A stretch of DNA of 64,000 bases from Trypanosoma brucei (Eukaryota): contig CP000070.1 in NCBI GenBank assembly GCA_000002445.1, positions 704,001-768,000 of the forward strand. Reading direction: 5' to 3'. Position numbers and translations under genes: made by a program. The first letter of the stretch is position 1. Each line of letters begins with the position of its first letter. Shown piece after piece: positions 1 through 12,035 of this stretch. The notes under the pieces were generated by a model that was not told the DNA's origin, made no database searches, and saw only the letters and a program-made list of their open reading frames with translations.

Positions 1-1098
1 AGTATACATATCCTGCACTTCCTTGTTGGTCTCGAAGCACCTGCGCCACGCCGTACGCTGAGCTGTGGGGGCTGGCTGCGGAAGTTGTGCCACGTAACCC
101 TGAGTTAATGGTTTGCTAAACAGGAAAAGAAAGAATGTCCTTCGGTGCATATCGTCTGGAATCGCGATATCACCACCCCTTCTGTATGACCAATCTATTC
201 TGTTCCTTCCTCGTTTTCTTTTCGTAACAAGTTAAAAAATAGCAAGTGAGAAAACGGGGTCGCAGGGAAACGTAACTTTACGCTGTGAGACGGCAATATA
301 TAGGATGGAACTAGCAACTCAAACTCTCTCCCCACAAACCAACCTGTTGGGACCTAATCAACGACACTCTCAGTGTCGTGTAGGTTAACTACAAGAAAAC
401 AGCAAAGAGGGGAAAAAGCGAAGACCCGATACTATACAACTTGGACAAATACTTTGGCGTACTGCCCCCCCCGTTCTCATTTCCACGCACAAACACGTAC
501 ATACCGTCCATAGGGGGAAATGTGAAATAGCGAACGAATTTTCATAAACGGTCCCGTGAGAATACATCACCCACAAGCCTCACGAGGCAAGAGGGACAGC
601 AACCACTATGAGATCGTGGCAACCTTACGTAGGCGCTGCTTGCAACACACACATTACATAAGCAGGAACTCAGTTGATGGCATGCTTACCAGATCACCGA
701 GGAATAAATTTATATAACATCGCGGGGGCACTTTAAAGAACGAATCCACTACAATGAACGATATCAAACGTCGTGCTGCCTCACCCACTCCGTCGGCGGC
801 ACCGATGCGGAGTAAAGGGGTTAACTATAATCCCACAGGTGGAGAGAGTAGACGCCGACCGAGCGCCACACCTTGTACAAGTATGTGGAGTATAACAGTC
901 CTACCAACAGCCCACATGCTGGCAACTTGTAATCGTTATCACTGGGGCGTCAGAAACGATCAAAGCTCCTGGGACTCACCGAGTTGCCGAATGTGTTAAT
1001 CCTTCCTGTCAAACGAGGCATAAAGTACATGTCGTCCGGACACCCAAAGGACCTTGTAGAAAACAAAGAAGCGCATCAGCCACCGACTGGAGAGTTAG

Positions 1099-1115
1099 CC
1101 CCCTCCCCCCCCCCC
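1099..1115. repeat. oligo-C tract followed by A12
   Basis: ccccctccccccccccc at ~1099-1115 and aaaaaaaaaaaa at ~1154-1165, downstream of the minus-strand reductase gene. Confidence 0.8.
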
Positions 1116-1593
1116 AGCGCGGTGTCACCTTCGTGTGGACGATCTAACGCCTTCAAAAAAAAAAAATAGATGATATAATGAAACGTAGTAAAGTATCAGT
1201 GGACGAGTCTCACCCATTTTCAAATATAGTCGTCCATTGCACTTCATAATAAAACATCCCCAAGGTAAATTTAAAGGGAAAAAGCACCGATATACGCGAA
1301 TGTTTTATTCCATCAATACGGGAAAAATAAATAAGGGGTGCACAAGACAAAAGAGAAATACATTTGGTAACGATAACAAAGAAAAAGTTATGATGAAAAA
1401 CCACTCGCGCGCCCACAGCCAACCTTAAAACAAGCCACTAACGCGGATCAAAAGGCGGCATTTCATACAACATTAAGTATGTCATACAAAACAATTATTG
1501 ATTTGGTAAAGGTATGTCTTCCTCCGTGCACTCAAGCTTGTCGAAGTTTTCGGCAGCACTCGTAGAAATGTCAAGCTCAATTTCTGTCACATC

Positions 1594-2457
1594 TCAAAAC
1601 TTGTAAACCATAGCCTCTGGGTAGCCCAATTCCTTCAGATACCCACTAAGAGGACCTTGTGAACGCCCTTGCTTCTCTCCGCTGATTGTTTTCATAAAAC
1701 CTGGTGGACCACTAACAAGCAATATCGCCTTGTCAACGCAGTTAGGACTGGGCATCGTCTCTTCGATAACTTTTTTCGTTATATGACCCCTGTAACCTCT
1801 CCAATACCAAGGTGGTGACGTCAGCGAATGAAACACAAACAGCTTACCAGGGTTATCGTTGGCCAACTGACCGAAGCGATCCGCCAACAACATTTCCGCC
1901 TTCGAGTGGTTGGAACAAACCAATGAGAACTTTGTCGTATTAGAGGGCCTTCCGAGGAAGTTACGGGCAATTTGATACATTGGAGTAACACCAGTACCCC
2001 CAGCCAGCATACCAATGTGCTCATACTGACCAGACTTAATATCCATTGTCTTCCATGGGCCCTGAACTTCAATCGAGTCACCGACCTTCATGTTGTGAAG
2101 GTGCGATCCCATCCTCGAGTTGGGATATGACTTCACCAGTAACTCAAAACTTCCCTTGTCGGATTCCAGGTTCAAAGGGGTGTATGGCCGCACAACTTCC
2201 TTCCCCTTGTCGTCCACATACCGCAGAGTTATACATGATGGCGCTTCGAAATTAAGCTCCATATCCTTTTCAGGAAGGGCGAAAGTGAAAATCTTCGTGT
2301 CATGTGATTCATCCTGTACACAAACCAGCTTATACGAGTGATATACTGACTGGGAAAAGGGACTTTTTGCTGCAGCCTTGGCCTCAACCGCTCGATCAAC
2401 TTTAAAATATCCAGAGGCAACCATCCCAGTAACAGCAGCAGCTGCAAATACCTTCAT
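1594..2457 (-). CDS. NADH-cytochrome b5 reductase (FAD/NAD-binding oxidoreductase), N-terminal membrane anchor
   Basis: 287-aa ORF. It has the RPYTP (RxY[ST]) FAD-binding motif, the GGTGVTP glycine-rich NADH motif and the C-terminal CGPPGF motif typical of the cytochrome b5 reductase / ferredoxin-NADP reductase family. The N-terminus is hydrophobic. Confidence 0.8.
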   Translation of the reverse strand: MKVFAAAAVTGMVASGYFKVDRAVEAKAAAKSPFSQSVYHSYKLVCVQDESHDTKIFTFALPEKDMELNFEAPSCITLRYVDDKGKEVVRPYTPLNLESDKGSFELLVKSYPNSRMGSHLHNMKVGDSIEVQGPWKTMDIKSGQYEHIGMLAGGTGVTPMYQIARNFLGRPSNTTKFSLVCSNHSKAEMLLADRFGQLANDNPGKLFVFHSLTSPPWYWRGYRGHITKKVIEETMPSPNCVDKAILLVSGPPGFMKTISGEKQGRSQGPLSGYLKELGYPEAMVYKF

Positions 2458-2913
2458 CTTGAACCCTTTGCTTTACCGATTACAAGCAACAAAAAAGTGC
2501 TGATGAGAGTTGTGAGGAGAAAAAAAGTTGACTGCGATTTTCCGCAATATAAAAATATATAGGTTTCAACCCACACTATGAGAATCTAAAAGAAACTTCC
2601 GGTATTCCTAAGTGTATATTACAGCGACAACACACCTTTCCCTGTAACCGTCGTTGATCCTTCACCAACTATTTTTAGTGACGTACCCACAAATCGCTCA
2701 CTCCTTTCTCCTGCCACGATAAGTCAGAAAAAACAACGGGTGGATTACCAACCCAGCCCACTATATTTCTTTCTTTTTTTTCTTTTCACATGAAGTACTA
2801 GTTGAAGTACCCCCTTAAAGTCACCGGCATGGTGGTAAGTGGTAGATCTGTGAGAAGAATGCCATATATAATTTGGAAGATCCTGACTACCTACTGCAGT
2901 ATGAAAGACAAAA

Positions 2914-3777
2914 CTAAATTTTAAACACCATTTTCTGTATGTAACCAAGTTCACTTAATACACCTTTGAGGTCACCCTGCTCGGCCGGGCTGGTACCATT
3001 CTCTTTATTCCCCGATATTGAATCCAAGAATGGAGGCGGCCCAGAGACAAGTATGATAGAATCCCCGACACGGTTTGGCGCTGGCATCAGCGCTTTGACC
3101 ATTTCCTTGGTAATGTGTCCGACCCCACCCATCCAGTCCGAAGGCGCCTTGGATAAAACAAAGTATGGCGAAAAAAGTGGGTATGTCTGCATTAGCTCAT
3201 TCAGTTCATTTCCCAAAAGAACGTCCTCTTTGCGAGTATTTTCATAAATCAGTGAAATTTCTGTTTTGTTATTCGGTGCCCGTAATACATTCCTGGCGAC
3301 CTGATAAACGGGGGCGATACCAGTATCACTCGCTAATATGCCAATCTTTTTATATCGATTGGATTTTATTGGTACTCGCACGAACGGTCCCTTGAACTCC
3401 GCAGCGTCCCCTTTCTTAAGGGAAAAAAGATAATTTCCCACTTTCGAATTCTGGTAATTTTTCACTAATATTTCAAAGTAACCACGCTGATTACTACTGT
3501 TGATGGGCGCAAAAGGACGCACAAGAACACTACCATCTTTACCGACGTGCCGCAGTTCCACGAATGACAATACCTCAAGGTTCAAAGACATGTCGGCCTC
3601 CGGTAACGCGAAACGAAATACTCTCGTATCGTGTGACTCATCATAAAAGTTCATCAGTGTATATTGACGGAAATCCACATGTGAAAACGGACTTTTCGAA
3701 GCTGCACAGTTCACTGAACTAAAGTTATACCAACTTGATGCAAAAGCACCCACTGCGGAGGCAAACAGAGCTTTCAT
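2914..3777 (-). CDS. NADH-cytochrome b5 reductase paralog (tandem copy)
   Basis: Same motif set as the first copy (RPFAP, SDTGIAPVYQ, VSGPPPF), roughly 45-50% identical to it. The start was chosen at the internal ATG at 3777 (MKALFASAVG...), which parallels the MKVFAAAAVTG start of the neighbour and also gives 287 aa. The full six-frame ORF extends to 3867. Confidence 0.7.
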   Translation of the reverse strand: MKALFASAVGAFASSWYNFSSVNCAASKSPFSHVDFRQYTLMNFYDESHDTRVFRFALPEADMSLNLEVLSFVELRHVGKDGSVLVRPFAPINSSNQRGYFEILVKNYQNSKVGNYLFSLKKGDAAEFKGPFVRVPIKSNRYKKIGILASDTGIAPVYQVARNVLRAPNNKTEISLIYENTRKEDVLLGNELNELMQTYPLFSPYFVLSKAPSDWMGGVGHITKEMVKALMPAPNRVGDSIILVSGPPPFLDSISGNKENGTSPAEQGDLKGVLSELGYIQKMVFKI

Positions 3778-3997
3778 GGCACCTTGCTTAAGGAAAAGTG
3801 AGGAGATATGGGGAAAGTGAAACAAAATGAGGTGGACCAAAAAACACAAAGCGCTGCAGTGTAACAAAGCAAATTGACAATGAATTCACAGCCCTCTGCT
3901 ACCCGCACAAAATTCAACGGCATTTTCACCACCAATTTTTCTTCGAGTTACGTCGTCCTTGTATGCTAAAACAAAAAAGCTGGCTCAATCGGTTACC

Positions 3998-6031
3998 TCA
4001 TGCACAGCGTTCAGCTATTAAATGATGGGGGAAACCTAACTCAACTTCCAGAAGCTTTTTTAGTTTTACCAGCCAGTTGCCTCCAAGGTGAACCTCCAAG
4101 GCTATTTTTGTCCCTGGTTTCAAATTTTGCATTCCTTTGGACGGGTCAAAAATACTACAAGAAGTAGAAAACTGATGTTTCCACTTATTTGAAAGAGAAA
4201 AAAGATCAAAACCAAAATCGTCAAGGTGTTTAACTGCAGTTACTATCTTGTTTCCAGAGCGTTTTTCGGTGTATATTAAGACCTTGGGTAGTGTACCTCT
4301 CTTAGTAAGCTGAGTAACTGTAGGGGCTGACGACGATCCGCCAGTGATAACCGCACTCGTCTCAAGAGTTATTTTATGAACAGGCACGAAGAGTTTCTGC
4401 AAAATTAGCTCTTCCAGCTCAGTAATCGGAATTTCTTTGACAGAGCCCCTAACCAAAGGTCCAAGAAACTCATCTAGCAACACACAAGGAATCCCTGATC
4501 GATCCCCCGAGATGTTTAAAATATTTTTAGATGAAATGTAACTTCTCAGCATATCGCATAACTGTTTCTTCGAGTACAAGTCATCTAGATATTCATCATC
4601 ATCACCGCTACCTTTATGATTATCAAATTTATCCGACGATCCATTGACTGTTCCGGAAACAACACCACCTTGTTCAAGAAGGATCCCAGTGCACAAGAAA
4701 AGTTGTATGTTCAACAAACTTCTTCCCCTCGGAGAATAAAGAGCTTCTACCGATTTGATACGACGCTGAAGCCCCTTCTTTACGCCACCTCTAAGCGCTT
4801 GTTGTTCCAGCACTAGACGTTCCTCCTCCTTCAACGGTATATGAAAAAGTTTCAAAAAATCAGCATAACTTCGTCTGTGGGTTCGATAGAGATCACTCTT
4901 TTTATTTACGGAAACGATAAAATGTTCTCCCTTCTTCTCTTCGGAAATTATCAAGGTTTCATCTCTCACTGTTAAATAAGACAGTGCTTTCCTGTATTTT
5001 GTCCCTTTAAAGTCGAAACGCATTTGCACATTCGGAAATCTTGGATAGTTCGAGAGCAACAGGGGCACAAACTCGCCAACGGGCAGGGGAAGCGCTGACA
5101 CGTTGAGCTCCCTTATCGCCTCACAAAGTGCAAAATCTAGTACATTATCCTCATCCTCCAGTAAACTCAAAGCAGCTTTCATTACACGCTCATCCTCACA
5201 GGAAGCGCCCGCTGCGTCATCTGTCAAGTCGGCCTCTCCGTTGAGACTGGTTTCCCCTCTAGTTCTCTCACAGACAGGGTGCATTTGAGAAGATACGATT
5301 TCAACCACCTCAGAATCACGAAATGTTGAAGGAACAACAGATATTGAAGAAGAGCAATACTCATGAAATGCATCGAAGCACAAATTCCACAAGCCATCCT
5401 TGTATGAGTGAATAACGTACACACCCTTTCCTCGTTGATTAGAGCCTGCCAGACCATCCGTTGCCAATCCAACAGCGTATGGAAAGAGGTTGCCAAGAGA
5501 ATAAATAAATACAAGATCACCTTTGCGGACAGGTGTATCGGTCTGGGTTCTCCTTTCAATAATTCCTGGTAACATCAAATGCGCCCCAGAAAGTATAAAT
5601 CTGGACGTTGGTCCGTGACAGAAAACCCGCGCACCAAAGAGGGAACCAAAGTCGGTGTCTTCTTTTTTGTAATAACACCTCATCAACGACAGCATGAACA
5701 GTGTAGGTACGATAGTAAATTGATTTTCCAAACAAACGCTATCCGCATCCTCAGACAAACGATTTACCGATATCACCAACGGTACCTTGTTAATCGAGTA
5801 GAGTACTGCGGAACCGCCACCTGAAAACTCCCAGAGGGTGCGGACGACGGAGTCATTCCTCCTCCAAAAAGAATCAAGACAACTTAAGTTATCTTCCCCG
5901 ACAATGCCATAGATATTATCCCATAAACATTTGGACTCTTTCTTACTTACAGAAACTTGCCCTTTCACGACATATTTCTTGTGAAACATAACTTTTAACA
6001 GAAAAAAAATAAAAATAGGTGACGAATACAA
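3998..6031 (-). CDS. eIF2D/ligatin-like translation factor (PUA domain + C-terminal SUI1 domain)
   Basis: N-terminal region carries an MCT-1/eIF2D-type PUA signature (SGAHLMLPGII ... FPYAVGLATDG ... GKGVYVIHSYKDGLW). The C-terminal ~90 aa look like a SUI1/eIF1 fold (KVLIYTEKRSGNKIVTAVKHLDDFGFDL...). The true start may be a downstream Met. Confidence 0.6.
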   Translation of the reverse strand: MYSSPIFIFFLLKVMFHKKYVVKGQVSVSKKESKCLWDNIYGIVGEDNLSCLDSFWRRNDSVVRTLWEFSGGGSAVLYSINKVPLVISVNRLSEDADSVCLENQFTIVPTLFMLSLMRCYYKKEDTDFGSLFGARVFCHGPTSRFILSGAHLMLPGIIERRTQTDTPVRKGDLVFIYSLGNLFPYAVGLATDGLAGSNQRGKGVYVIHSYKDGLWNLCFDAFHEYCSSSISVVPSTFRDSEVVEIVSSQMHPVCERTRGETSLNGEADLTDDAAGASCEDERVMKAALSLLEDEDNVLDFALCEAIRELNVSALPLPVGEFVPLLLSNYPRFPNVQMRFDFKGTKYRKALSYLTVRDETLIISEEKKGEHFIVSVNKKSDLYRTHRRSYADFLKLFHIPLKEEERLVLEQQALRGGVKKGLQRRIKSVEALYSPRGRSLLNIQLFLCTGILLEQGGVVSGTVNGSSDKFDNHKGSGDDDEYLDDLYSKKQLCDMLRSYISSKNILNISGDRSGIPCVLLDEFLGPLVRGSVKEIPITELEELILQKLFVPVHKITLETSAVITGGSSSAPTVTQLTKRGTLPKVLIYTEKRSGNKIVTAVKHLDDFGFDLFSLSNKWKHQFSTSCSIFDPSKGMQNLKPGTKIALEVHLGGNWLVKLKKLLEVELGFPHHLIAERCA

Positions 6032-6232
6032 GCAAATAGCAAAATGTCAATGAATCTATCGCGGAAAATATCAAAAATAATTCACTTCTATGATAGTTAC
6101 AATGAGCTAAATACACACAGGCAAAACACCTTCGCATTCCTGCAAGACAATATTTCCTACCACGAAATTCCCGTAATCAAGCGATGTACGGGACGGTGGA
6201 AATAAGTTTTATATGCCACATCAGATGGAAAG

Positions 6233-7156
6233 CTACGAAGCGTTCTTTTTCCTGGAATTTCTCCCTTTTTTCATCACACCTTTTGGCGGTTGAGGCACCC
6301 TTTTCTCAAGTATTTTGTCAAGAACTCTAAAAAGTTCCTCGGGGATATCATCGTTTTGCCGAAGCCAGAGAGTGTGTAAACTGGTATTGAACTCTTTCAC
6401 ATCGCTCTCACTTTCTTGTAAACCTTCCATGATGTGGCCAAAAGAACTTTGGCGCTCCTTTTCGCTGCTCTCCGACTTTGCCGAAGTAAACTCCTTCAAG
6501 GAAGACTCTAAACCCTTTTCAGAACCAGTGTACAGCGTAGTTCCTGCAGAAACAGCATCGCGAAGCTCAGGTGAGAGCAAGTCCACAACATGTTCAAGTG
6601 CAGAAACTAGTTTGTAAGCACCAAGGAACGTCAGTCGGTTTCCACGTAAGTTTAATGTTTTAATCTTTGATGAGCTTGGAAGCGAAGAAGCGAGCGCCAC
6701 CGCACCAGCATCATGTATACCGTTACAAGAAGCATGCAGAGACTCCAAATTCCCAATACATTTAGAGGCAGCAACCGCTCCCCTATCACCAATGTAGTTC
6801 CCATTGACATTCAAGTGTTTCAAACACCTGTTACGTTTGATACACGAAAAGAATCTAACGGCCCCTTCCTCTTGCATATCACACATAGACAAATCTAGGG
6901 AAGTAACGGTGTGGTTCAGTATCAACATTCGGCCAATATTAACGCATTTTTCGGGCCCCCAAAATGTTGAGGAGCAGCACAATTTTATTCCCCATGGCTC
7001 TGGGGGGTTCAAGTATCGGTTGCAAGCTATGGCAGCCTCCTCGCTGGGTCTCAGACGCCATTTGAAACTGTTTGGAGCATCAGGGTCTGGGGGTGCTGTG
7101 CTTCCCTCAATCGTTTCAATCGCCCTCTTGTACACAGATTCAACTTCTTCTATCAT
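6233..7156 (-). CDS. leucine-rich repeat protein (ribonuclease-inhibitor-like LRRs)
   Basis: Repeated LxxLxLxxNxIgdxGaxaLa units (LNVNGNYIGDRGAVAAS..., LHASCNGIHDAGAVALAS..., LNLRGNRLTFLGAYKL). This is the first gene of the leftward gene cluster. Confidence 0.55.
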   Translation of the reverse strand: MIEEVESVYKRAIETIEGSTAPPDPDAPNSFKWRLRPSEEAAIACNRYLNPPEPWGIKLCCSSTFWGPEKCVNIGRMLILNHTVTSLDLSMCDMQEEGAVRFFSCIKRNRCLKHLNVNGNYIGDRGAVAASKCIGNLESLHASCNGIHDAGAVALASSLPSSSKIKTLNLRGNRLTFLGAYKLVSALEHVVDLLSPELRDAVSAGTTLYTGSEKGLESSLKEFTSAKSESSEKERQSSFGHIMEGLQESESDVKEFNTSLHTLWLRQNDDIPEELFRVLDKILEKRVPQPPKGVMKKGRNSRKKNAS

Positions 7157-9718
7157 TCACCTAAAACAAGTAAACAAGGAACAGAAAGAATAAATTGTTA
7201 TCTTCATGAGCAATAATAATAATAACAACAAAAGGTGGTACCCTAAGCGTAAACCTCGTTGCTCTCCACCACACATACACAGAGAAGAAAATGGCGATGG
7301 CGGGAAGCAATCACAAGATGATCTGCCTGTGGCTGACACCATTTCTTAGACCCAAGTAACGGATACGCTAAATCGACAGTAACAACAGCAAAAAGGGAAA
7401 GAAAAAGAGAGAGATCTTGTTGAGCACAACGCATCTTTTACCACTTATCAGGAGGCTCTCCCGCACCACCAAAATCCCACGACCTTACATTCCCGGCCCG
7501 ATCCGGGGGACTGGACAAGGACGAGCACGGGAGCCTCAATCATCCACTTTCCCTTCAGCGGAGACAGAGTTGTGAATATTCAAAATGAAAAACGAATCTC
7601 AAACTTGATATACAGATGCGGTCACATGCGCATGTGAGCATGAACGTCTGCACATATATGCAGGAAATGTAGACAAATATTTTGACGAAAACAAGGGGCG
7701 CTGACAGCGATTCGAGGCCACCAAACCTCACAACAAACGACTGTCGATGCGCGGAAAACGGCAAGAACCAGTGCGAACACACGCGAAACACGCCACCCGC
7801 GCCACAAGGCCAAATAGGCACCCATCCCCGGAGAGGCACGACTCGCCCAACGGATCACGGACCACACACCCTCAGGGGAAACCGCAGTTAACTAGCCGTT
7901 CCGGCCAGGTGCCAACCACAGCCGCGCCACTCAACTACCAGCGAGGATGCGAGCAGAAGAGGTCACACAAGGGGAAGGCTGTACTAACGCAGCAAGGGGG
8001 CGTGGAACGCACTTGCAATCGGGAAAGCGTCTGCATCAGCAGGTCCCCGAATGTATGCGCGCGGGTACCCAGTAACTGCTAACGTTGAACCTGTCCCTCC
8101 CCCTCCTTCCGACTGAAAATCGAAGGGAAAGGGGGTAGCGATCTCTGGTAAATGAATCGGGATACTCGAGAAACGGTCTTAAAGTGGCCAACGAAGCATC
8201 GCAGCCAGGTATGACAAAAAAGATTGAGCTCAGTCTCTCGCAAGCGCGGTCTCCCCATCAAACTTTCCGCGTACTCCACTGACAGTGGTCAGAGAACATC
8301 CACCGAGAAAGGGGCTAAGTAAACACGGTTGTGAACCCGAAACCGTATGAGAAACCATCCACAAAAATGCCGCAAATATCAAAGACAGAATTTCCAGGGG
8401 TGAGGAGCCGTGAACCCCGAGCCGCTTACAACAAGGAAACCGAAGTTGGCATCAAGCCGATTGCCCACACGAGCTGCGCCAGCAAGAGAAAATGTATATG
8501 AATGGGGATTGCAGAACCACAGTACACTGGTAATTCCAGCCGCTTCCACGTGAATCCTGGGTCCGGTTCGCTGCCTGTGTGGAGAGAGCCAAGGATTAGC
8601 GGTGCTTCCCACCTGGGGGGAAATGGTCTCCTCCCCCCTCGGCATCACACGGTGCAGGGGCCTGCCACGCCTTCGTGCGACACCGTTTGGTCATTGGCCC
8701 CTGGGTACGTGCCAGCTTGCATCCAGAAGAAACTCTGTAGCAAAAAGGAAGAAACGCTTTCTGGGCTGCATAACTGCCGCATGGGGCACGGCATAATACC
8801 TAAAATATTTTGAGAGGGGCGATAAAATACCATTGTTGGGGGTGGGGAGCAAGCAAGCTCGCAGAGGTGACACCATTCCGAACAGCAACCGTGAGAAGTA
8901 CCCTCTGTGAGTCGGTCAAAGCTGATTTCCAGGAGAATAGAAGATAACATGGAGTAGTTGCTTCCATTAAGGCGATTGTGGTTCATACCAGAGCAGCAAG
9001 CGGCAGGCGCACAGGCTTAGACGTTTGGAAAAGCAAGCTGGAGGAATTAGAAAGCAGCGGCTGCCTTCATAGATCATGAAAGAACGGCCGGTTTAATGGA
9101 TCATGGGCGCAGAATTGCAGTCCCGAATTGCCTCAAAGGGCGTCCCTACTTCACAGGATATATAGAACAGTTTCCACATAATCGAAAATTGGAAATGAAG
9201 ATGGGAAATGTGTAGCCAGGAGACTTCTTCGATCTTTGCGGTGCGACACAAATTTGTCCTCGGATCACTTCTGCTCACTGTGATAATGGACGAACCAGAA
9301 GGGGTGCCGACCGGAGCGCCGGGTATATAGGCATAGCTTCTTTGCAAGCAATCTAATCATCATTCGCCTTGGCGCAGGTATAAAAAGATAATTTCGGCAA
9401 AAAAAAAAGGGCGGCGGAGGATCCACAAAAGAAGTTGCCAAAGTGAGGGCCATCCCATGCTCTGTGTAGAGATTGAAGATGAAACCGCTAAGATCAATTC
9501 ACACCACTCTTCGACCACACAAAGAAACTTATGCTGCAGCGTATGTTTCTGGTAAATTTTTGCCTCACCTTTGTGTGAGAAGATTCAATAACGCACAAGT
9601 GTGAGAACTGCATACACGAAAACTAGTTTATAAAGCCAACGAGTGGGGAAGACGTACCAAAAGAAGTTAGTCTCATTCCAATGGCAGATCATTTATTCAA
9701 AAGGGTGCCAGGCCCCTG

Positions 9719-9737
9719 TATATATATATATATATAT
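9719..9737. repeat. (TA)n microsatellite
   Basis: tatatatatatatatatat, read directly. Confidence 0.9.
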
Positions 9738-12014
9738 CCGGAGGAGGAGAGGCAACTTCGAGTGTCCGCAAAAACAACTTTACTCGTAAGAACGATAGGT
9801 GTTAAAGTAGATTCAAGGGGGAAAGAGCAGATGCCGCAGAAGATTAAAAGTATAAACAAGCAAAGAGGAGAGTGAGGAACCTTGGATGATACGCCTACCA
9901 GGGTTGGAAGCACTGGATGGCAACGCCAGACAATTCTTCGGGAGCTGCGAGGCCACATTGTAGAGAAACGAAGGACGAAAATACGCGAAAAGGCGTGTTC
10001 CGTGGACGCTTCGATGGCGACACCGCCATACAAGATTGCGGAACCAGCAGTCCCTCACCTCCCCCATAAAATCTAACATAAGCGCGTTCATTAGACGGTG
10101 TGGCGGAGTTGCCGGCAGGGGGCTTATTGTAGGGAGTCCATGCACATCCGCTACAGTGGTCACCTGTGAGGGTACTAGGCGAAGCATGTGAGCCGAAAGC
10201 GCTGTGGAAGGGGATCCGGCGCTTTGTGGAGGCCTACCGCGTTTCCCCCGCCACGTTTTTGAAGTTTAATTTCACAGGTATGGAAGAAGAAAAGCCGCAA
10301 ACCCTTTCCAAGGTTTGAACAAATACAGGTTGGAGGGGCTGAGAATCACCATTAGCTGGAAAAGTAATGTCTGAGACTTCCGCTGAAGCAGAAGTTGCTG
10401 TAGACGCCATCACTCCGGGTACAAATCGGCTTGGCAAAGGAGTTTGTGTAACACCAACGTCCCAGAATATAGCGTTGCTAAGGAAGTACAAAGCAAAAAA
10501 AAACCGGTTTTGGGTGGGGCTGAGTTGTAAGGCGGAGAGTGCTCTTCGCTTTCAGCGAATAGTAGACGGAGTGCTCACAATGGGACATGTGAAGATGGAA
10601 GGTGTGTTGAAGAAAAAGCAAAGGAAGACGGGGAAACCATCGAGGGTAGTTTCGGAAAGGACTGTAAAGACATGTGGAAATTCTGTATCCGACAAGATTG
10701 GAGGACGGAAACTGAGAACAATACGCCATTTCTTTAAACACGAGTAGGTGACACCAACCTAACTGAACTGAGGCACCGCTTCCCCTTCGCGCTTCAGTGA
10801 CTAGCAACCTACCCCTGTACATTTCGCTTGCGGGTGAATGGTGCCTCTCTTCCTCTCCTAAAAAGAAGAAAATGCTCAACGCCTGTTTGCAACTTTTGGT
10901 GGCGGTTCACGACCATTGAAAGGGTTTGCTAAAGTTTACTCCGCACTACTAGAAACCTTTTTAAGTGTTTTTTCATTCCTCCGAAACTATTTTTGTTTCT
11001 TGAGCTTACAGTATGGAAGGTACAATCCATTTTTTTCCAGCATTCACCAAGTTTGGCCGCTGTTGCAACCTATGCGACGCCGTTTCTGACAACTGTTTTG
11101 GGAGGTAGTATGTTCGCAGAAAATGTTCCTCTTTCCCCGTTGACGCCGATTGTTTCAATACAGCGGTGACTGTCACCGTGTCCTAAGTGTAACCTAAGCA
11201 GTGGCGTTGTCCTTTGCAAGCCTTAGTGGAGTTGGTTATTGAGTTGAGCCCCGGAAGCCAGTGGTGTATGTGCCGTTAACGGGCCTCTTGATTGAAGTGC
11301 TGCCGCGCGTCGTCCTTACGGTCGCCACACTGGTATGCCTTAGGTCTCCAGCTTGCTTGCGTAGTGGCTAGGGGGGCTCTGACGGTTTGAGCTCTGAATA
11401 TTGTTGGAAATTGGGTAGCTTCTCTCCCTTCCCCCGCCCCCCTCCGAGTGAGGTCGCTGCAGTTGAGCCGGCTCCCCCCAGAGAACTTGAGGTCGGCCAC
11501 GGACCCCGCCGAAGCCGATTAAAAGCCTTTCCCAGAAGGTGCGTCAGCCACATCGCGAGCGGGCGGGGCTAGCGGCAAGGTGAAAAGCAAAAAGGGAGAC
11601 GGCACAGCCAAACTTTGCGTAACACGGATAGAGACCCGGCGTGCTAGGCATCTCCCTCGGACATTTGAGGCAGAAGTATTTTTTTAGAGGTGCGGACCGT
11701 TGGTTTCCGACGAAACAGGTTGGTCTTTATATCCTCTCGCGGATGGTTAGTAACTCCTCCCAGTTGTGTGTAGCTGGTTTTGCGTCCTTGATCACTGTTT
11801 TGTGTTTTTGGTGCGCTCGGTACGCCGATCAGGAAGCCCGGAGGCGGCGGTGGTGGCAGTTTTTTCTGGGGTTGATCACCCCTTTGAAGGTTCGGGGGCA
11901 GTCTCGCTGCAACAACTGTGTCCTCAGAAAAAACGGGGTCCGGCGGAGGTTGACCCTGGCGGCAGCCTCTATACTGCTTCCCGGCCGACAGGGTGCTGCG
12001 TCATTATTGCTCGC

Positions 12015-12035
12015 TTTTTTTTTTTTGGGGGGGGG
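12015..12035 (+). repeat. T13-G9 homopolymer junction (oligo-G run)
   Basis: tttttttttttt followed by ggggggggg, read directly. A second T13 tract lies at 12061-12073. Confidence 0.9.

Noticed and set aside
385-1428. Short ORFs (61-81 aa) at the left end
   Set aside because: They lie in the downstream or intergenic region of the leftward unit, which has homopolymers (C17, A12). No motifs and no support.
7550-9400. Possible rRNA fragment (the region looked structured and ORF-free)
   Set aside because: Searched for hallmark rRNA strings on both strands: the SSU 5' GGTTGATCCTGCCAG, the LSU GACCCGTCTTGAAACACGG and the sarcin-ricin AGTACGAGAGGAAC. None were found.
9689-10879. ORFs of 114-133 aa in the strand-switch region (9689-10033-, 9813-10187-, 10367-10747+, 10478-10879-)
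   Set aside because: They overlap each other in different frames and have no motifs. They lie in presumptive promoter or retroelement debris, and their codon usage does not look coding-like.
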